This document shows positions 12,296-25,742 of a DNA stretch of 64,000 nt, one piece after another. Location: the NCBI GenBank assembly GCA_030265395.1, contig JARFYF010000036.1, positions 27,120,397 through 27,184,396 of the forward strand. The letters are read 5' to 3'. The position numbers were made by a program, and so were the translations under genes. Within the stretch, counting starts at the first letter, position 1. Each line of letters begins with the position of its first letter. The DNA is from Rhina ancylostomus (Eukaryota). Below the pieces are notes generated by a model. That model did no database searches. It saw nothing but the letters and a program-made list of their open reading frames with translations, and was not told the origin of the DNA.

Positions 12296-14027
12296 ATAAA
12301 AACATTTTCACCAGTCTTGGAAAGAACCTTGTGCTGCCAATTTCCAGTGCTCGGGCCTAAGGCATTTGAAATTAATTCCAAAATAAGCTTCAGATCTGCT
12401 ACACCCAGCCACTGCTTTTTTAAATCTATGATATGTCTTCCTGGCTGGTTGTCTGCTTTTAAATTCTGGTTGGCTTATTTGGATGTGGTTGCTATGTATG
12501 CAAGACTCATGTTCAGGAATACAGTAATGGAATAATTGGCACATAAGCAGCTTAAATACTGAGTCTTCTCATACAATATCTTTTTCTCTGGTTTGTGACT
12601 TCTGAATTCTGAGTGAAGCAAATCTTGATGCCCATTTCTATATATAGGCACATTTCTATATAAGTGGTCTAAATTGGATAGTTTCATCCAGCTATTTTTA
12701 GAATTAGCTTAATTGGCCATTTTGGATTATGAATTTCAGTTGAATATGTGAAGTTTCTTCAACTATGTCCAACTGAGTTCTTGCACAGTTGATGCTCATT
12801 TAAAGACAAAAGAAACAGTCAGCAAACAGCTGTATTTTCAGGAAACTGTAAATCTGTCTGCTGATTTAACAGGGGTGCATGTATCAGACACTGGCTTAAA
12901 TCAGCATTTTATCCTAGCCCTTCAAATGATTCTGTTATTAAGAGGTTAAGACATTTTGAATGCACTACTTACAATACCAAAATAACAGGAAGGAACACCA
13001 AATTATTTAGAAGAAGCAGTTTGTGGGTTGCCAGAGTGACTTCATGTGGATGAGTTCATTTCCTGAGGAGTCAGCTGTATCTTAGCCTTCATTTCTGTTT
13101 CTGAGTTGAAGGACACTTTGGATCATTTTCAGAAATGTACTGAAGCCCTGCATTTGTTGATTGAGCTGCATGAAATAATCCCTTTGTTCATAAAGCCCCA
13201 TTTCCAACGGCAGCAGTAATTGCATCATCCACAACACACTAGCATTCTTCATTTAAAAAATGTGCTTTTATTCAAATTCTGAAAGCAGTTCAGTTTCATA
13301 ATACCCTCCATTTCAAATCACAAAATCCAATTCCAGGGACACCATTTTACAAGGAAGCCTGTGTCATATTCTGATTTTAATCACGCAGAATTGGACAGTT
13401 TTTTAAATGATGTACTCGGGATCTCATTCCACATCATTGGATGAATGTAGGCTGGTTGGTAAAGGTTGACAAAATGAACAATCAATTTTTATTACACAAA
13501 ATTGGGGATTTTTCTGGGATTAGTTTTATTAGTGTTTTGCTTAACTGGTTGTAAATAGTAAGTAAAAGAATCAGGGCAAGGGCTAGGGAGCAGAAAGGCA
13601 GTTTGGTGTACTTTCCATTGATATCAGTGAAACAAGCCTGCATTTGGTGTTTAAAATTTCCTATCTCTATTGCCTCCTGAATTAGTGAGCTGTAGTAACC
13701 AGAAAAAGACGATTGTGTTTGGTATTGTGATAGATATCAGTTTAGAAATAAACCTTGCATCCAAGATTGACCTGACAGTACAGTGAGAAATATTTATATT
13801 TTCAGAGGGGAACAGAGACTGGTGTAATAGTAATTAAAATTATATGCACCATGTCCAAGACTTCATAGGAACAGGTACAAATTGGGGGTTGGCACTGCAT
13901 TTATATTAAGACTGCAACAAGAAATGTTCAAAACTTTCTGACAGAACATGCTCTATAAATGTGTAGAGGAAAAAAAACATTTTTAATTTTAAGATTCAGT
14001 TAAATACAGATTTTCAACAGAAATAAT

Positions 14028-14033
14028 TTTATT
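14028..14033 (-). promoter_or_regulatory. Candidate polyadenylation signal AATAAA of a minus-strand transcript (possibly the distal end of a long SOGA1 3' UTR)
   Basis: Minus strand reads TGTAatgtgttttcttAATAAA followed by a U-rich tract, at the end of a ~1.8 kb repeat-free AT-rich block (14030-15850). Confidence 0.4.
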
Positions 14034-17000
14034 AAGAAAACACATTACATAAGTTTTGCACTGTGAACTCCTTGACTTTAGCATTCTCTTTGTGACCAAA
14101 ATTTATCAATGGCTACAAAGCAATCATCTTCAAATTCTATTCCAAAATATGTGGATTAAAAGTTTTTTTAAAGAATGCTTCTTTGATGTTTTTTCCCAAG
14201 TCATCAAAATAACATTTAACCACAAATTTCACAGAGAACACAACAATTAATACATAACAATGAAGTGTTTACAATGTTATGTCACAATGTTTTCTTGAAC
14301 TTACACCAAGTTGTTAAATTAGTTTTAACTTGTTTCTGTAAACAAGTCCCTTTCTGTTTAAATAATTTACCACAAATTGACAGATTTTGGAAGTCACTTT
14401 AACAACAGCTCTGGATTATCCATATTGTTTAGTTCAAAGTTGTTTCAAGGAGATGACAGGGTTTAGGTATTCTGGACATATCGCAAGCAAAAACATGCAG
14501 GTAAAACGTTATGCCATCATACAAAGACTTAAAACACTGGCATGCCAGAATGACCTTTGAGTAGGTCTTTAATGAATTACACCTGAAAGTAAATAAAGAT
14601 CTTTTTGGTATTACCTTACTGATTATAACAATGACTCCTCCGCATTAATAACCAATGTCACTTATGTGTCCTTTTGGGATAAATGCTATTACAAACAAAA
14701 TTGTTCCTACAAACCTTTACTTTTCATTTCAAGATATACAAAGATATTAAGCTCTTAAAACAATTTCTATTTCATATTAAAAGTCACAGTTTGTACTATA
14801 CAATTTCAAAAAATACAGTTGTGTACAGAATGTAAACTCAAATGTATAGAAAAGAGCATTTCAGTTTCATATTTCCCAATAAATGCTACATAAAATAATA
14901 ATTGGTGTAAAATTTGAAGAGTCCACCCAAAAGCCATTTTGGCTATGCCAACATCATGTCCATTTCTTCCCCTGCGCTGAATAATGGATATATGAAGTAC
15001 AAATACCTAGATATATGTTTTTCTTTCAATTATTATACACAATTTATTTTCCTATGAACAGTATAAATAATTAAAAGGCATTTTTACAAACATATGCTGA
15101 CCTTTTTATATTAAAAGATTACCTAAAAACAAACATTTAAAAATCTAGTCTTACATTACAAAAATTAAAAACTAATGTTAAAAAAACTTAAATACATTAA
15201 CAATTGAAAATGACGATCAGGTTTTCTGGAGTTTAAATAGTTTTCATATGTACACATGACAGACTTAGAAAACAATGAAGCTTATAAAACTGATATACAT
15301 TAATAACCTTTTATCAAGTAAATAAAGAATGGTAAGAGCAGGTAACAATGTTTTACTGCTTCGAGAAGAGCATTTGTATTTGCATCCTTTCTACAGTCAC
15401 TTAAATCACAGCTCTATAATCCAACAATATTCCTGAAAACATGCAATCACTGTATAATGTAAAATTTACAACAAATGGACAGTAAATTTGAAATCAGTTA
15501 AATTGACTAGTAAATGCTGTTGGATTATTAACTCTGATTTACTGAGGTGAAATTTTCTTAAATTGCAGTGGTTGTCAAAATTAACTGCTCTTTTACGTTA
15601 AGCTTTGAACATATGGCGATCTGACACTCTAAAATAAAGTTTGGATGTTACAACACCCATCATTGTGTGACCAGTTGGAAAAAAAAACAAATTTTCAATT
15701 GGATGTGGCACCATCCAACTGAAAAACAGCCTTTGATTTATTAGTGAACACACTTATGATCAATGGTAAATATTCATGTTATTTTCAATGCATGATATTT
15801 TTAATGTTTAATGTGACAACTGCATCTAGATTAGGCAGTGCCAAGTATCATTGATGAAAATTATAATCTTAAGAGAAGTGATTTAATTGTGTAGAGAAAG
15901 ACAATGAATACTTTATCACTGGCTAGGTTACATATTAGATTAAAATCAAAGGACAAATTAAAGAGAATAACTCGCATCCTGATAAGATACGAGTTACATA
16001 CACTGGCAGCTGTAAGGTAGATAATGGAGGATGGTGTGTTGAGACGGGAGCGTAACTGATACCCGGCTGGAGAGGAAATCTGGCAGTGAGAGCAGAAGTG
16101 GAACAGGATAGCAATGACAATAATAGGCCAGGAAAATTCTGGGCAAATTAGAGGAGCAAAGGGCAGAGAGGAGAAAAGGGAAAGAGATTCAAGAAAGAGT
16201 ACAACTGCGAGGATTAGCATTAAGGATGGTCAAACAGAATGGAGAAAAGGAGTGAGGGGGGCATTGGTTAGAAGGAAGCTCTGATATTAACTGGGACAAG
16301 AGACAAGCAGACAAGGTTTGTTGCAAGTGACACACTACAAGTTGCATGAAACCTGGGAGATTTTTGGGAAGCAAGTGACGGGACCACGGGAACACATTTG
16401 AGTGGCAGAAGGTCACTGCTCAACAGAGTCCCTGGAACCCCTGTGGTGGCGGAGGGGTAAAGAGCTAAACATTTCATTTCATTCTGGGTTTGGAGAAGCA
16501 ATCCTGCTCTTCCAGTCCCTGCCACAGGAAAATTGTAAAAGGCAGCAAGACCACCATTCTGGGTGCTGTTGAACTACAGCTGCTCCTCCCACCCAGATGC
16601 TGTGGAAGGCGAGCCTCTACTACTACTTTCTGAGAGCTTATGGGTGAAACAGCAGTTGGTCCCAATGATACCATACATTACAATGAGAAGTATGTATTTA
16701 AAGGAAGATCCAGACAATTTCCAGTTAGTCTGTTTGAGAGAGGCCCACAAAAAGAGTGGTGAAGATAATGGCAAAGGGTAATAAATGGGAGAGATAGTAG
16801 CAGGGAAGACAATAAATAAAAGCAGAAAATATATTGATGGCACTGAGCTTCATAGAAACAGCCAGGCCTGGGTGAACAGCATAGAAAACCAGCAAAGGTC
16901 ATGCCAAAAGAAGTAATGATCAATGAAGCTTGAGCTTTGTAAAGGAAAAGTAACCAGAAACCAGAGTAACCGGAATAGCTATGTCAGCACAACATTGTGG

Positions 17001-20000
17001 GCCAAAGGGCCTGTTCTGTGCTGTACAGTTCTATGTTCTAAACAAAATAATGGACAGCAGAAGGGAACACAGAAACTGAGAAGACAATGGCAAGGGGGTC
17101 AGATTCAGTGTGCAATAAGGAGAGGGTACAGTAAGGAAACAAGAAGAAATGCGACAAAGGTGGGCCAAGAAAGGCAGAAAGGATAGTTTAATAAGAAGGA
17201 ATTCAGTGAAAGAAAACGGGGCTAGAATGGAAGCAGTTATGGAAAGCAAGCCAGAAAAAAGACAGATGGTCAGCATCAGGAAAACTAGAGTGAAAGGAAA
17301 ACTGGCGAGGTGACCAAAAGAAAGTCAACAGAAGAGGAAATCAAACAGCAGGCAAGGTGATGGTAGCTTCTGGCGATATTGGAAAGGAGACAATTTTGTA
17401 AAGAGAGGAACAGGGCTGAGTTGGCGGTGGTTGGGGGACGGGCAGGGGACAGACTTGTACATTCAAACAACCAACAGGGGCAACAGCCCAGGAGGGCGAA
17501 TGAAAAACAGATGCAGTAGGAAAACATATTCTGAAGGGCAGCCAAACACAGGAGAGACAATGTGGAAAATAAATCGGGCAAAGACAGAAAATAAAAAGGT
17601 GCAGAGGAGAAGAAGCTAAGAAGAAAATCAAGAGTGGTCAAAGTAAAATCTGCAGATGCTGGAAATCTGAAATTAAAACAAATACTCAGTGGTCAGGCAG
17701 CATGTGTGCAGAGAGAAACAGGGTGATGATTCTTCATCGGAACAAGGAAAAGTTGAAAGACAGATATGTTCTAAGTTANNNNNNNNNNNNNNNNNNNNNN
17801 NNNNNNNNNNNNNNNNNNNNNNNNNNNNNNNNNNNNNNNNNNNNNNNNNNNNNNNNNNNNNNNNNNNNNNNNNNNNNNNNNNNNNNNNNNNNNNNNNNNN
17901 NNNNNNNNNNNNNNNNNNNNNNNNNNNNNNNNNNNNNNNNNNNNNNNNNNTTTCAATTCCTAATGAATGCCCAAAGTAAATCACAATTTTACTTAAAAAT
18001 AAGCTCATTCTCATCTCTCTATTTACATCACCACCAGCCAGATTAGCTGCCATGAGTCTTCAATCCTCTCTCTCAGTTCTCTTGGTCTCCACTGAATCAA
18101 GGATATTCCCTTTGTTCTCTCCATCGCTCCTCCTAGACTGCATTTTAAAGCATGCCTATTTTCTAACTTTACCAAATTCAGATGAGGTCATCAATACAGT
18201 GCTGTTGATTGCGGCAGGGGAGACACAGACCAGCCAGGAAGGGAAAGAGCAAGATTTAAAGCCTGGGAAAGGCAATGGTGGAGAAAAAGTGGAAGCAGGG
18301 AAGAACAAAGAACCAGGTTAGCAAAGCAGATGTGAAAGTCAAAGACAGGAAGTGCAGTGAGCGTGCAAACCAGACTTGGAGATGACAATACAGAAAGACA
18401 GATGCATTGGAAAAGAGGAAAATAAAACACAAAGGAAATCTTAATTCTGCCAACCAGAAGGGGAGGTTGATTGGAATGAAAGTTAAATTAGAACAGCTAC
18501 ACCGAGAAATTTGATCACGAAAAGCTGATTTGTAAAAATATTCTGTGATTGAAAATCAATTTAACCTGGACTATATTACAACAATTGTGAGGCACCCTCA
18601 TGACCCCAATTTTGGTTTTCCTTTAGGGCTGCATGGGATGGCATCTTTTCTCATGTGGGCCACTGCTGGGGAACTTGGACCATGTTGTCCTCAGTGTGCC
18701 CTTCACACGGTACCCTCAGGACAAAATGATCTGACTCCCGCAGTGGCCACCAAGGGGTCCCGTTGACAAGTAAAACACTTGCCCAAATGCTTGGAGCCTC
18801 CCAAACCCTCACTGCACTACCTGCTGACCATCCCTCCCTCCACACTCTAACCCCTCTGAAATATAACTGGTCCANNNNNNNNNNNNNNNNNNNNNNNNNN
18901 NNNNNNNNNNNNNNNNNNNNNNNNGCAACTGCAAGATTTTGCGCCATGTGGTTGGTTATTATATCTCAATTTTCAGGTTTACATCTCCAATTGTACTGGC
19001 ATGCAGATCAACGCGAGAACGATCCAGAAGTACAACTCAACCACCAATCAATGAACAGTTGGTCCCCAGTGTGCAGCCATGTCCTCAGAGACCCCATCTC
19101 CCCCGTGATATACAGCCACCTCCCTCTGGCACCACTGAAGATAATTGCTTCGCACAGCAAATGCCATACCAATATCCCCACCACCTCTCCCTACCATGAG
19201 GGGAGTGCTGGTCTGATCTCCCCCTTCACTACATAATTCTGGAGTGCACTGATGAATCCCCCTCCCGACCCTCATGGCCAACCTCTGGTAACTTGCACTG
19301 GAGGTTTCAGACACACAGGAACTTTGATGATGAGACAACGGCTGAAATGGCTGTTCCATCACATCAATGCCATTCCAAAGTTCTGGAACTTCCAGGAGGT
19401 TATGGGAAGCCAGAAGATACAGATGGGAGTATGAAAGGGAGAATGATAAGTCATGTTCAAATACAAATTAGGAAAGAAAGGGACACTGACTGGGGAGTGG
19501 GAATGGAAGCTGGGCTGTTTAGGAGAGGAAACAGAAGTGGTGGGCAGGTGAAGATGGAGTGGATGAGAAATGAATAAAGATGTGGCAGATGCATTTTCAA
19601 CATGGGGAAGATGTGAGGCATCCTGATTTTTGGGCTGTAATCTTGTGGAATGGACCCAAAAATCAATGACAGAACTTGAGCAATTAAATTCCTTTGAACT
19701 CAACAGGACAAACATTGTGTGGGTTCTTCATGAAGCAACTAATTCTCTTCCTCAAACTGCCAAGTACAATGGATTCACGCGGCAAATTGGAAGTTTATGG
19801 GAACCCACTGGTTGCAGAACTGGATGAGCATCCAAACTTGAAAGGAGAGGTGGTGAGATGGGGTTGTGGGGAGGGGGCATGGGATTGGANNNNNNNNNNN
19901 NNNNNNNNNNNNNNNNNNNNNNNNNNNNNNNNNNNNNNNNNNNNNNNNNNNNNNNNNNNNNNNNNNNNNNNNNNNNNNNNNNNNNNNNNNNNNNNNNNNN

Positions 20001-20083
20001 NNNNNNNNNNNNNNNNNNNNNNNNNNNNNNNNNNNNNNNNNNNNNNNNNNNNNNNNNNNNNNNNNNNNNNNNNNNNNNNNNNN

Positions 20084-20350
20084 GGGACGAGACAGAGGGG
20101 GTGAGGAGGGACTGGGAACGGAGGAGGTGGGGGGTTCTGTACAGGCAGGGGAGGAGGGGGGCAGGGCAGGGAGTTCTGTATGGGGAGGAGGGGGGGGCAG
20201 GGGGTCGGTACAGGGAGGGGAGGAGGGGGGTAGGGATGGGGGGGGTCGGAGGAGGAGGGGGCAGGTATTGGGTTGGGGAGAGGCAGGCTGGGACAGAGGT
20301 GGGGTTGGAGGGGGCGGGACGGGGTTCGTGGGGAAGGGGAGGGATGGGAT
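20084..20350 (+). repeat. G-rich low-complexity repeat next to a gap
   Basis: Many G3-G7 runs with repeated ggttctgta / ggcagggg units. Confidence 0.8.
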
Positions 20351-22392
20351 GCACAAAATCCTGCATTTCCAATTCCACAAAAATAAAAGACGAAAAAGGA
20401 CTTTGAATTCCAGTTCACTCTTCATTTAACAAGGCTGGTTAGATTACTTGGTTGTCCCTTCCTCATGAATCCCCCTTTCCTGAATATCCAGTCAATGAAA
20501 CCAAATGTTGGCAACTATTTTTTTTTAATCCAGGTGAGTCCGTCTGGCAGCTATTGAAAATCAACTGCACAATATTTCTGAGCACCTTCCCACTTGGATG
20601 GTCAGGCTGGGCCTGTGCTTGATTGCAAAACCAAGGAAATCCTTGCAATGCATCATCTGGGAGACCATCTGATTCAGGTGATCTCTACTTTTTCCTTCTG
20701 AGTATTCCTCAGGTGCAGGGAAAAAGTAGCAGTTTCCACCCTTGTGAATTCCAGAAATTATAAATATTATACAGTCATATCCCTCAGAATTTAAATTTCA
20801 TCCAAGGTAACACAATATTTGAGAAGCATATCAAAGCAGCAATGGCCTAGGAATTAGAGCTTTCTGTGAATGGTGGAACAATCCTTGCTTCTGAACATCA
20901 GAGGTTTTGCATGTGAAAGCAGGCATCGGAGGTCAGGACTGGTAGGTACATCAGTGAGAGCTATGGACACCTCAGGTGAAGAGGGCTCAACAGTGGCCAG
21001 GAGTGGCCCAAACAATTTTAATGTGGGTTTTAGGGCGAGGTTTTGCAATGAAATCAATAAATTGAAATATTACCTTCTTGGTTGCAGTCTGCAGTAGTTT
21101 CTGTAAGAACCAATTTTAGACCACAATGCATGCCTGGTTCTCCTCAACATAGCTGGGTCAATGCAGTTCAGGGTAGTCCAAAAATCCAGGGAAGCTCCCA
21201 GGGGCATTAGGCACCTTATTTGAGCATACAAAGAATCTAACACCTACTTCAGTCACTGTTGTATTTCTTTTGCAACTCATTTCTGGCTCATAGTGAACAC
21301 ATTGTATTGCAGACTTAGGAGGCCAATAAGTTAGTAACATCTGCAGAAACAACAGTGAATGACCATTCCTATTTGTGTACCAAGCTCTTAAACCAAAAGT
21401 AATGTGGGGATTTATTCTTCTAACACAATCAATTTATCACCATGAGATAAAATATTCTGAACGTGTGTGAGAAAGCTAAATCAATGATTGGAGCCTGCAA
21501 TTTACAAATTCTTTCAATTATGAGAAGCTCTCTATTGAACCATGACTGCACCCGATCTTTAATGAATATTTAAAAGTCTGTTTCCTTAAAAGAGTCAACT
21601 ATTGGCTTACAAAAACAATGTGGGATAGAAATATGTTTAGCACTAAGCCAAAGCCAGTGGTATGAAACAGGCCACTTATTATACATTGATAGTAGAATAT
21701 CCAGTCACACTGACTTCAATAAACAGCAGGTGTAACCGGAGACCCATGCAACACCTCTCCTGTTTAGTTTTCCCATCCAATTCATTCTTCCACATTCTTT
21801 GACTCAGTGACTACAATGCCAGAGGTGATCCAGTACTTTATCATAATCTTTATGTAAACTGCTCTCATGTCCAATACCAATAGTTGCTGGAAATTTGAGA
21901 TTTCAAAATGAACAATCTGGAACATGCTGCATCAGCAATTAATATTTTCTTGGCTGAATATATTTGTGCAGAGGCTCACTGGTGCTTAGTGTTCTAACCA
22001 CCTCTTGCTCCATGCGCATCTAGTGTTCACAATTGAGAGTCATATGACAGCAATACAGATAGGTTTGCCAAAAGAACTGAAGATTGCTGTCATTACCTGA
22101 TTAAACACTCGCTATTGTATGAATAACTATATAGTGCTATTGTAGAAATGACTCAACCATCTAAACAGTGCAATGCCAGATCTCTCAGATTTTTTTGTAA
22201 ATAAAAACCAATAGTTTGCTTCTGCTCTACAGTTTAAATTTTGCAGTCTACAGTGAACTCGACAATACAACCTGAACATCTCTTCTAAACATCTCAAATT
22301 TCACCTGGGCTGTCAGATAAAGCGCAAGATGCAACAGTTACTTTAGGACACAGATCCATGTCATTACCCAGCCACATGGCACAATTCGCTAC

Positions 22393-22530
22393 TCAGCCTG
22401 ATTTTTCATCCGAGGCATTTGGATCTGAAGGCAAAGAGCGTGATTTACATTGCGATAATGAATGACGTGCTGACGATCTGGACGGAAAGCAGGAGGTGAG
22501 TGACTGAGATGTACAATCACATGATGCTTC
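22393..22530 (-). CDS. SOGA1: SOGA1/MTCL2 terminal coding exon: EASCDCTSQSLTSCFPSRSSARHSLSQCKSRSLPSDPNASDEKSG*
   Basis: Acceptor ttcttgtgcag, TGA at 22395-22393; CDC..QSLTSCF matches the SOGA1 C-terminus as I recall it. Confidence 0.88.
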   Translation of the reverse strand, partial: EASCDCTSQSLTSCFPSRSSARHSLSQCKSRSLPSDPNASDEKSG

Positions 22531-23243
22531 CTGCACAAGAATATGAATGAGATTCAATGTCAATAGTAAGCAAAAGAAAATTTTACCTTACAAACATGTT
22601 CAGAGCCAGAATAAAATATCTTAAATGTCAATTCAAAACCTAGGCTTAGAAACTACTGTTGGTGATTGGTAAGCATTTTAACAAGCTGACAAGATGTTTC
22701 TACTTCTAATATTTTTCAGAGACATCACTCCATATAAAATAAATGTACCCCTACTTGCACTGAACTAGCAGAGAAATGCCATTAATAAATGACATTAATA
22801 TTGCCAAGAGCAATTTCATTATCAGGAAAAAAATATGGTGTTGTGGCTGGGGAATATTTCCTGCATTTATTGTCACCATCATGAGTAACAGCAACTCCAA
22901 CAACAGACTGATGTCCCACCCCTCTGGTCCAACATTCATTAACCTGTATCAAACAACATGCATGTGGTTTACAATAAGTACATGCAGTAAAACTCTGATA
23001 ATCTGGCACAGTCAGGACTTTGGTGCCAGAGTGGCAGATTGTCCAGACTATTGGATATTAAATAAAAACCTAGCATAGTCATGATAGGCTGAATAGTACT
23101 TCAATGCAGTTACATTTTAGTCATATCCTAGTTCTTAAATGTTTACAAACAGCAGAAATGCTCCCTGTTGAAATATTGTTGGATGTGGAATGGATTTAAG
23201 AAATGACACTTTAAATGAGGCAGAACTGCAAGTAAGACTTTAC

Positions 23244-24702
23244 CTCAAACAGACCAGAAGCTCCACCAGCATCCCGTGCATCTGGATCTTTAGCTCCCTG
23301 GGCTGGAGTGGGTGGTGGTGGTTTTTGGTCCTCCTTGTTTGGTTGCTTGGGAAGCCTTTTGTTAACGGTACGGGAAACACTTTCTACTTGTGTATGGCCC
23401 GATGGAGTGGTCAAATCTGCTTTTCTGACACTTTCATCAGAGACTGGAACTTTTATTGGTTTCTCAGCTCCATTTGCTGGACTCTGGGATCTGCCACACA
23501 CATTCCTGAAAAACTCCTGAACAATCCCATATCTTGACGTGTCCCCTTTTGTTTTTGCTTCATGCTGGCTTGATTTCCAAATTGAGTCAACACTTCCAGA
23601 GGTGTGCTCAACAACATTGAACAAACTGGAGAGCCCATCGTTGATAGAACTAAGCACTGGACTATCCCTGGTAGTTGTTGACCTGGCCCAGGCTGACTCA
23701 TTCTGTCCTCTATGAGACATGGCCCACGGACTACGCTCCCTTGCATGATCTATTTTTGATGAACTTCTTCGCTGCAGCTTGGGAGAGCCGTACTTTGGTG
23801 AACAGCAAGGACGTTCAAACTTAGTTGGCACCTTTTCCAAAGAGGAAGAGAGTTGTTTGCTACGGGAGCTCTGGGTTGGCATTAGCAAGGAGCCTCTTGA
23901 TGCCCAGGATCGGTGAAGACTGCTAGAGAGTGATCTTGGACTCTCAGTCTGCAGCCCAATGCTAATAGTCCGGGTGGTCTGAGTACCCACACTGACAACT
24001 CCAACAGTTTGGCTTGCAGTATCGTTAACTTTCCTCTCCAGTGGGTTTGTGCAAATAACGTTCCTGACACAATTGGCCACCTCCTTCATGTCATCACTCA
24101 TGTTACCTGATATTTGCAGATCATGCAGGGCAGAAGAAAACCCAGAAGCAGCAGTAGCAGGAACAGAAATGGGATGCTCTCCACTGCTGTTTTTCAGCAG
24201 ATCCTGGTGCTTGGAGAAGTTATTAAACCACGTGTTGCACACATTTTCCGAGCTGAGGTCGGAATTGCCAGTTTGTTTGGGCTTCGCCATGGTGAACAGG
24301 AAACCTGGTTCAATCATAATCTTTCCTTCATTGTTCTGAACCAAAGAACCATCCATCCTGCGGACGACAGGTGGACTGTAGTAAATCCGAATGCCCGTTC
24401 TGTCTGGTGCTGTGTAACTCCTCTGCATTTGTTTTTTGTTGAGTTGTGGATTAACCAGATTTGCAGCCATGGTGAAGTCCCAAGATGAAATTACAGGCAT
24501 TTCAGTTTTTGATTGCTTGGTTAGCTTGTCCTCTGATTTCTCATATAAGGAATCGTCATCATTGGTCGTGTGTTTCCGATTCTTTTTGTTCAACTCCTCC
24601 AGATTTTTTAAGCTTTTTGGGGAGGGGCCAGTTGTGGGTGGTAAATATGGAGATGTATCCAGTAAGCTCTCAAACTCAGACATTGAAGAAACCGACTTGG
24701 CT
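23244..24702 (-). CDS. SOGA1: SOGA1/MTCL2 large penultimate exon (1459 nt), Ser/Pro/basic C-terminal region
   Basis: ORF 23211..24683 extended to acceptor atttttag|A GCC AAG; donor GAG|GTAAAG at 23243. Contains CCSPKYGSPKLQRR, AWARSTTTRDSPVL and YGIVQEFFRNVCGR. Confidence 0.95.
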
Positions 24703-25204
24703 CTAAAAATAATGTATTTAAAAATGAATTATTTTCCTTGCACGAAATAAAAGAATGGGCTAAGGAATGAATTATAGTGCCAACCTGACTTTATTTTTAA
24801 TTTGGCAAGGCAAGTTACCAGGGGAATTAAGTGATTTACAATTGAAACACAAGTTAGGTACCACGTATTGCACTGTAAAGAAAATAAGAAGCAACCCTGT
24901 TAACTCCAAATCCCTTGCAAGGGTGGACTTCCCATGCCACTCTGGACTGGGTGTAAATGAATTGAGAGTGCATGATATTGGAGAATAGAAACAATCGCAG
25001 GGTGCTGCTAATCTCATATGGTGATGGAGAGTACTGTAAACTACAGGGAAATCTGCTATGGTTCTTTCAATTTACTTAGCATCACTCCCACATTCATTGA
25101 AATTATTGACTCAGCATTTAGGTTACACACAAAGGGGGTCTATTGTTATTCCCGTAGAAAGTTAAGCATCGATAATAACTTAAGTTGTTAAAACAATAAA
25201 GCAA

Positions 25205-25470
25205 TTCCATTGGGTAGATACAGAAACAAATTCCTCTTATGGGGGAATCCACAAGAAAGACAATCTTAAAAATATTGCAACTACTTCATCAGATTTTCAC
25301 CCAAGAGATATTGGAAATCTGAACCACAGTGCCTCAAGAGTGTGGAACGTTTTGTCAATTGAAAATTTCAAAGACTGTCAGATTCTAATGGGACATGGAA
25401 CTTGGGGAATAACTGGAGCTGACCGACAGATCATCCACGAGGGACTGCATGATCTACTTCTCCTACTATT
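25205..25470 (+). mobile_element. Old CR1 LINE 3' fragment
   Basis: Degenerate gggtagatacag...ggggaatcc...ttcacccaaga...ggaaatctgaa...tacttctcctactattc segment. Confidence 0.5.
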
Positions 25471-25671
25471 CTCATCCATTCCTGTGTATCAGAAATTTCA
25501 CATTTTTATGAGGATCAGCTCAATACAAAGAAAATCTAAGTAAAAGTTGGTTAATTTGGACTGTGGCCAAGTATCAAACTTGGGATGAAGCAAAGGAACT
25601 GCCAAGTAGTGCTGATTTTATGCTAAACTTTTCTACAATTACAATCTAATTTCTTAATCTGCAATATTTAC

Positions 25672-25742
25672 CGTTGTAAATTAGTTCCCTTTGCTTCCAA
25701 TTCATCAGAAGTTTCTTTTATGTTGTTTCTATGTTGCAGCAT
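25672..25742 (-). CDS. SOGA1: SOGA1/MTCL2 coding exon (71 nt, phase 0-2): MLQHRNNIKETSDELEAKGTNLQ(R)
   Basis: Acceptor tattttttcag, donor CG|GTAAAT. Its phase-2 end completes the Arg codon with the first base of the next exon, giving NLQR-AKSVSSMSEF. Confidence 0.8.
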
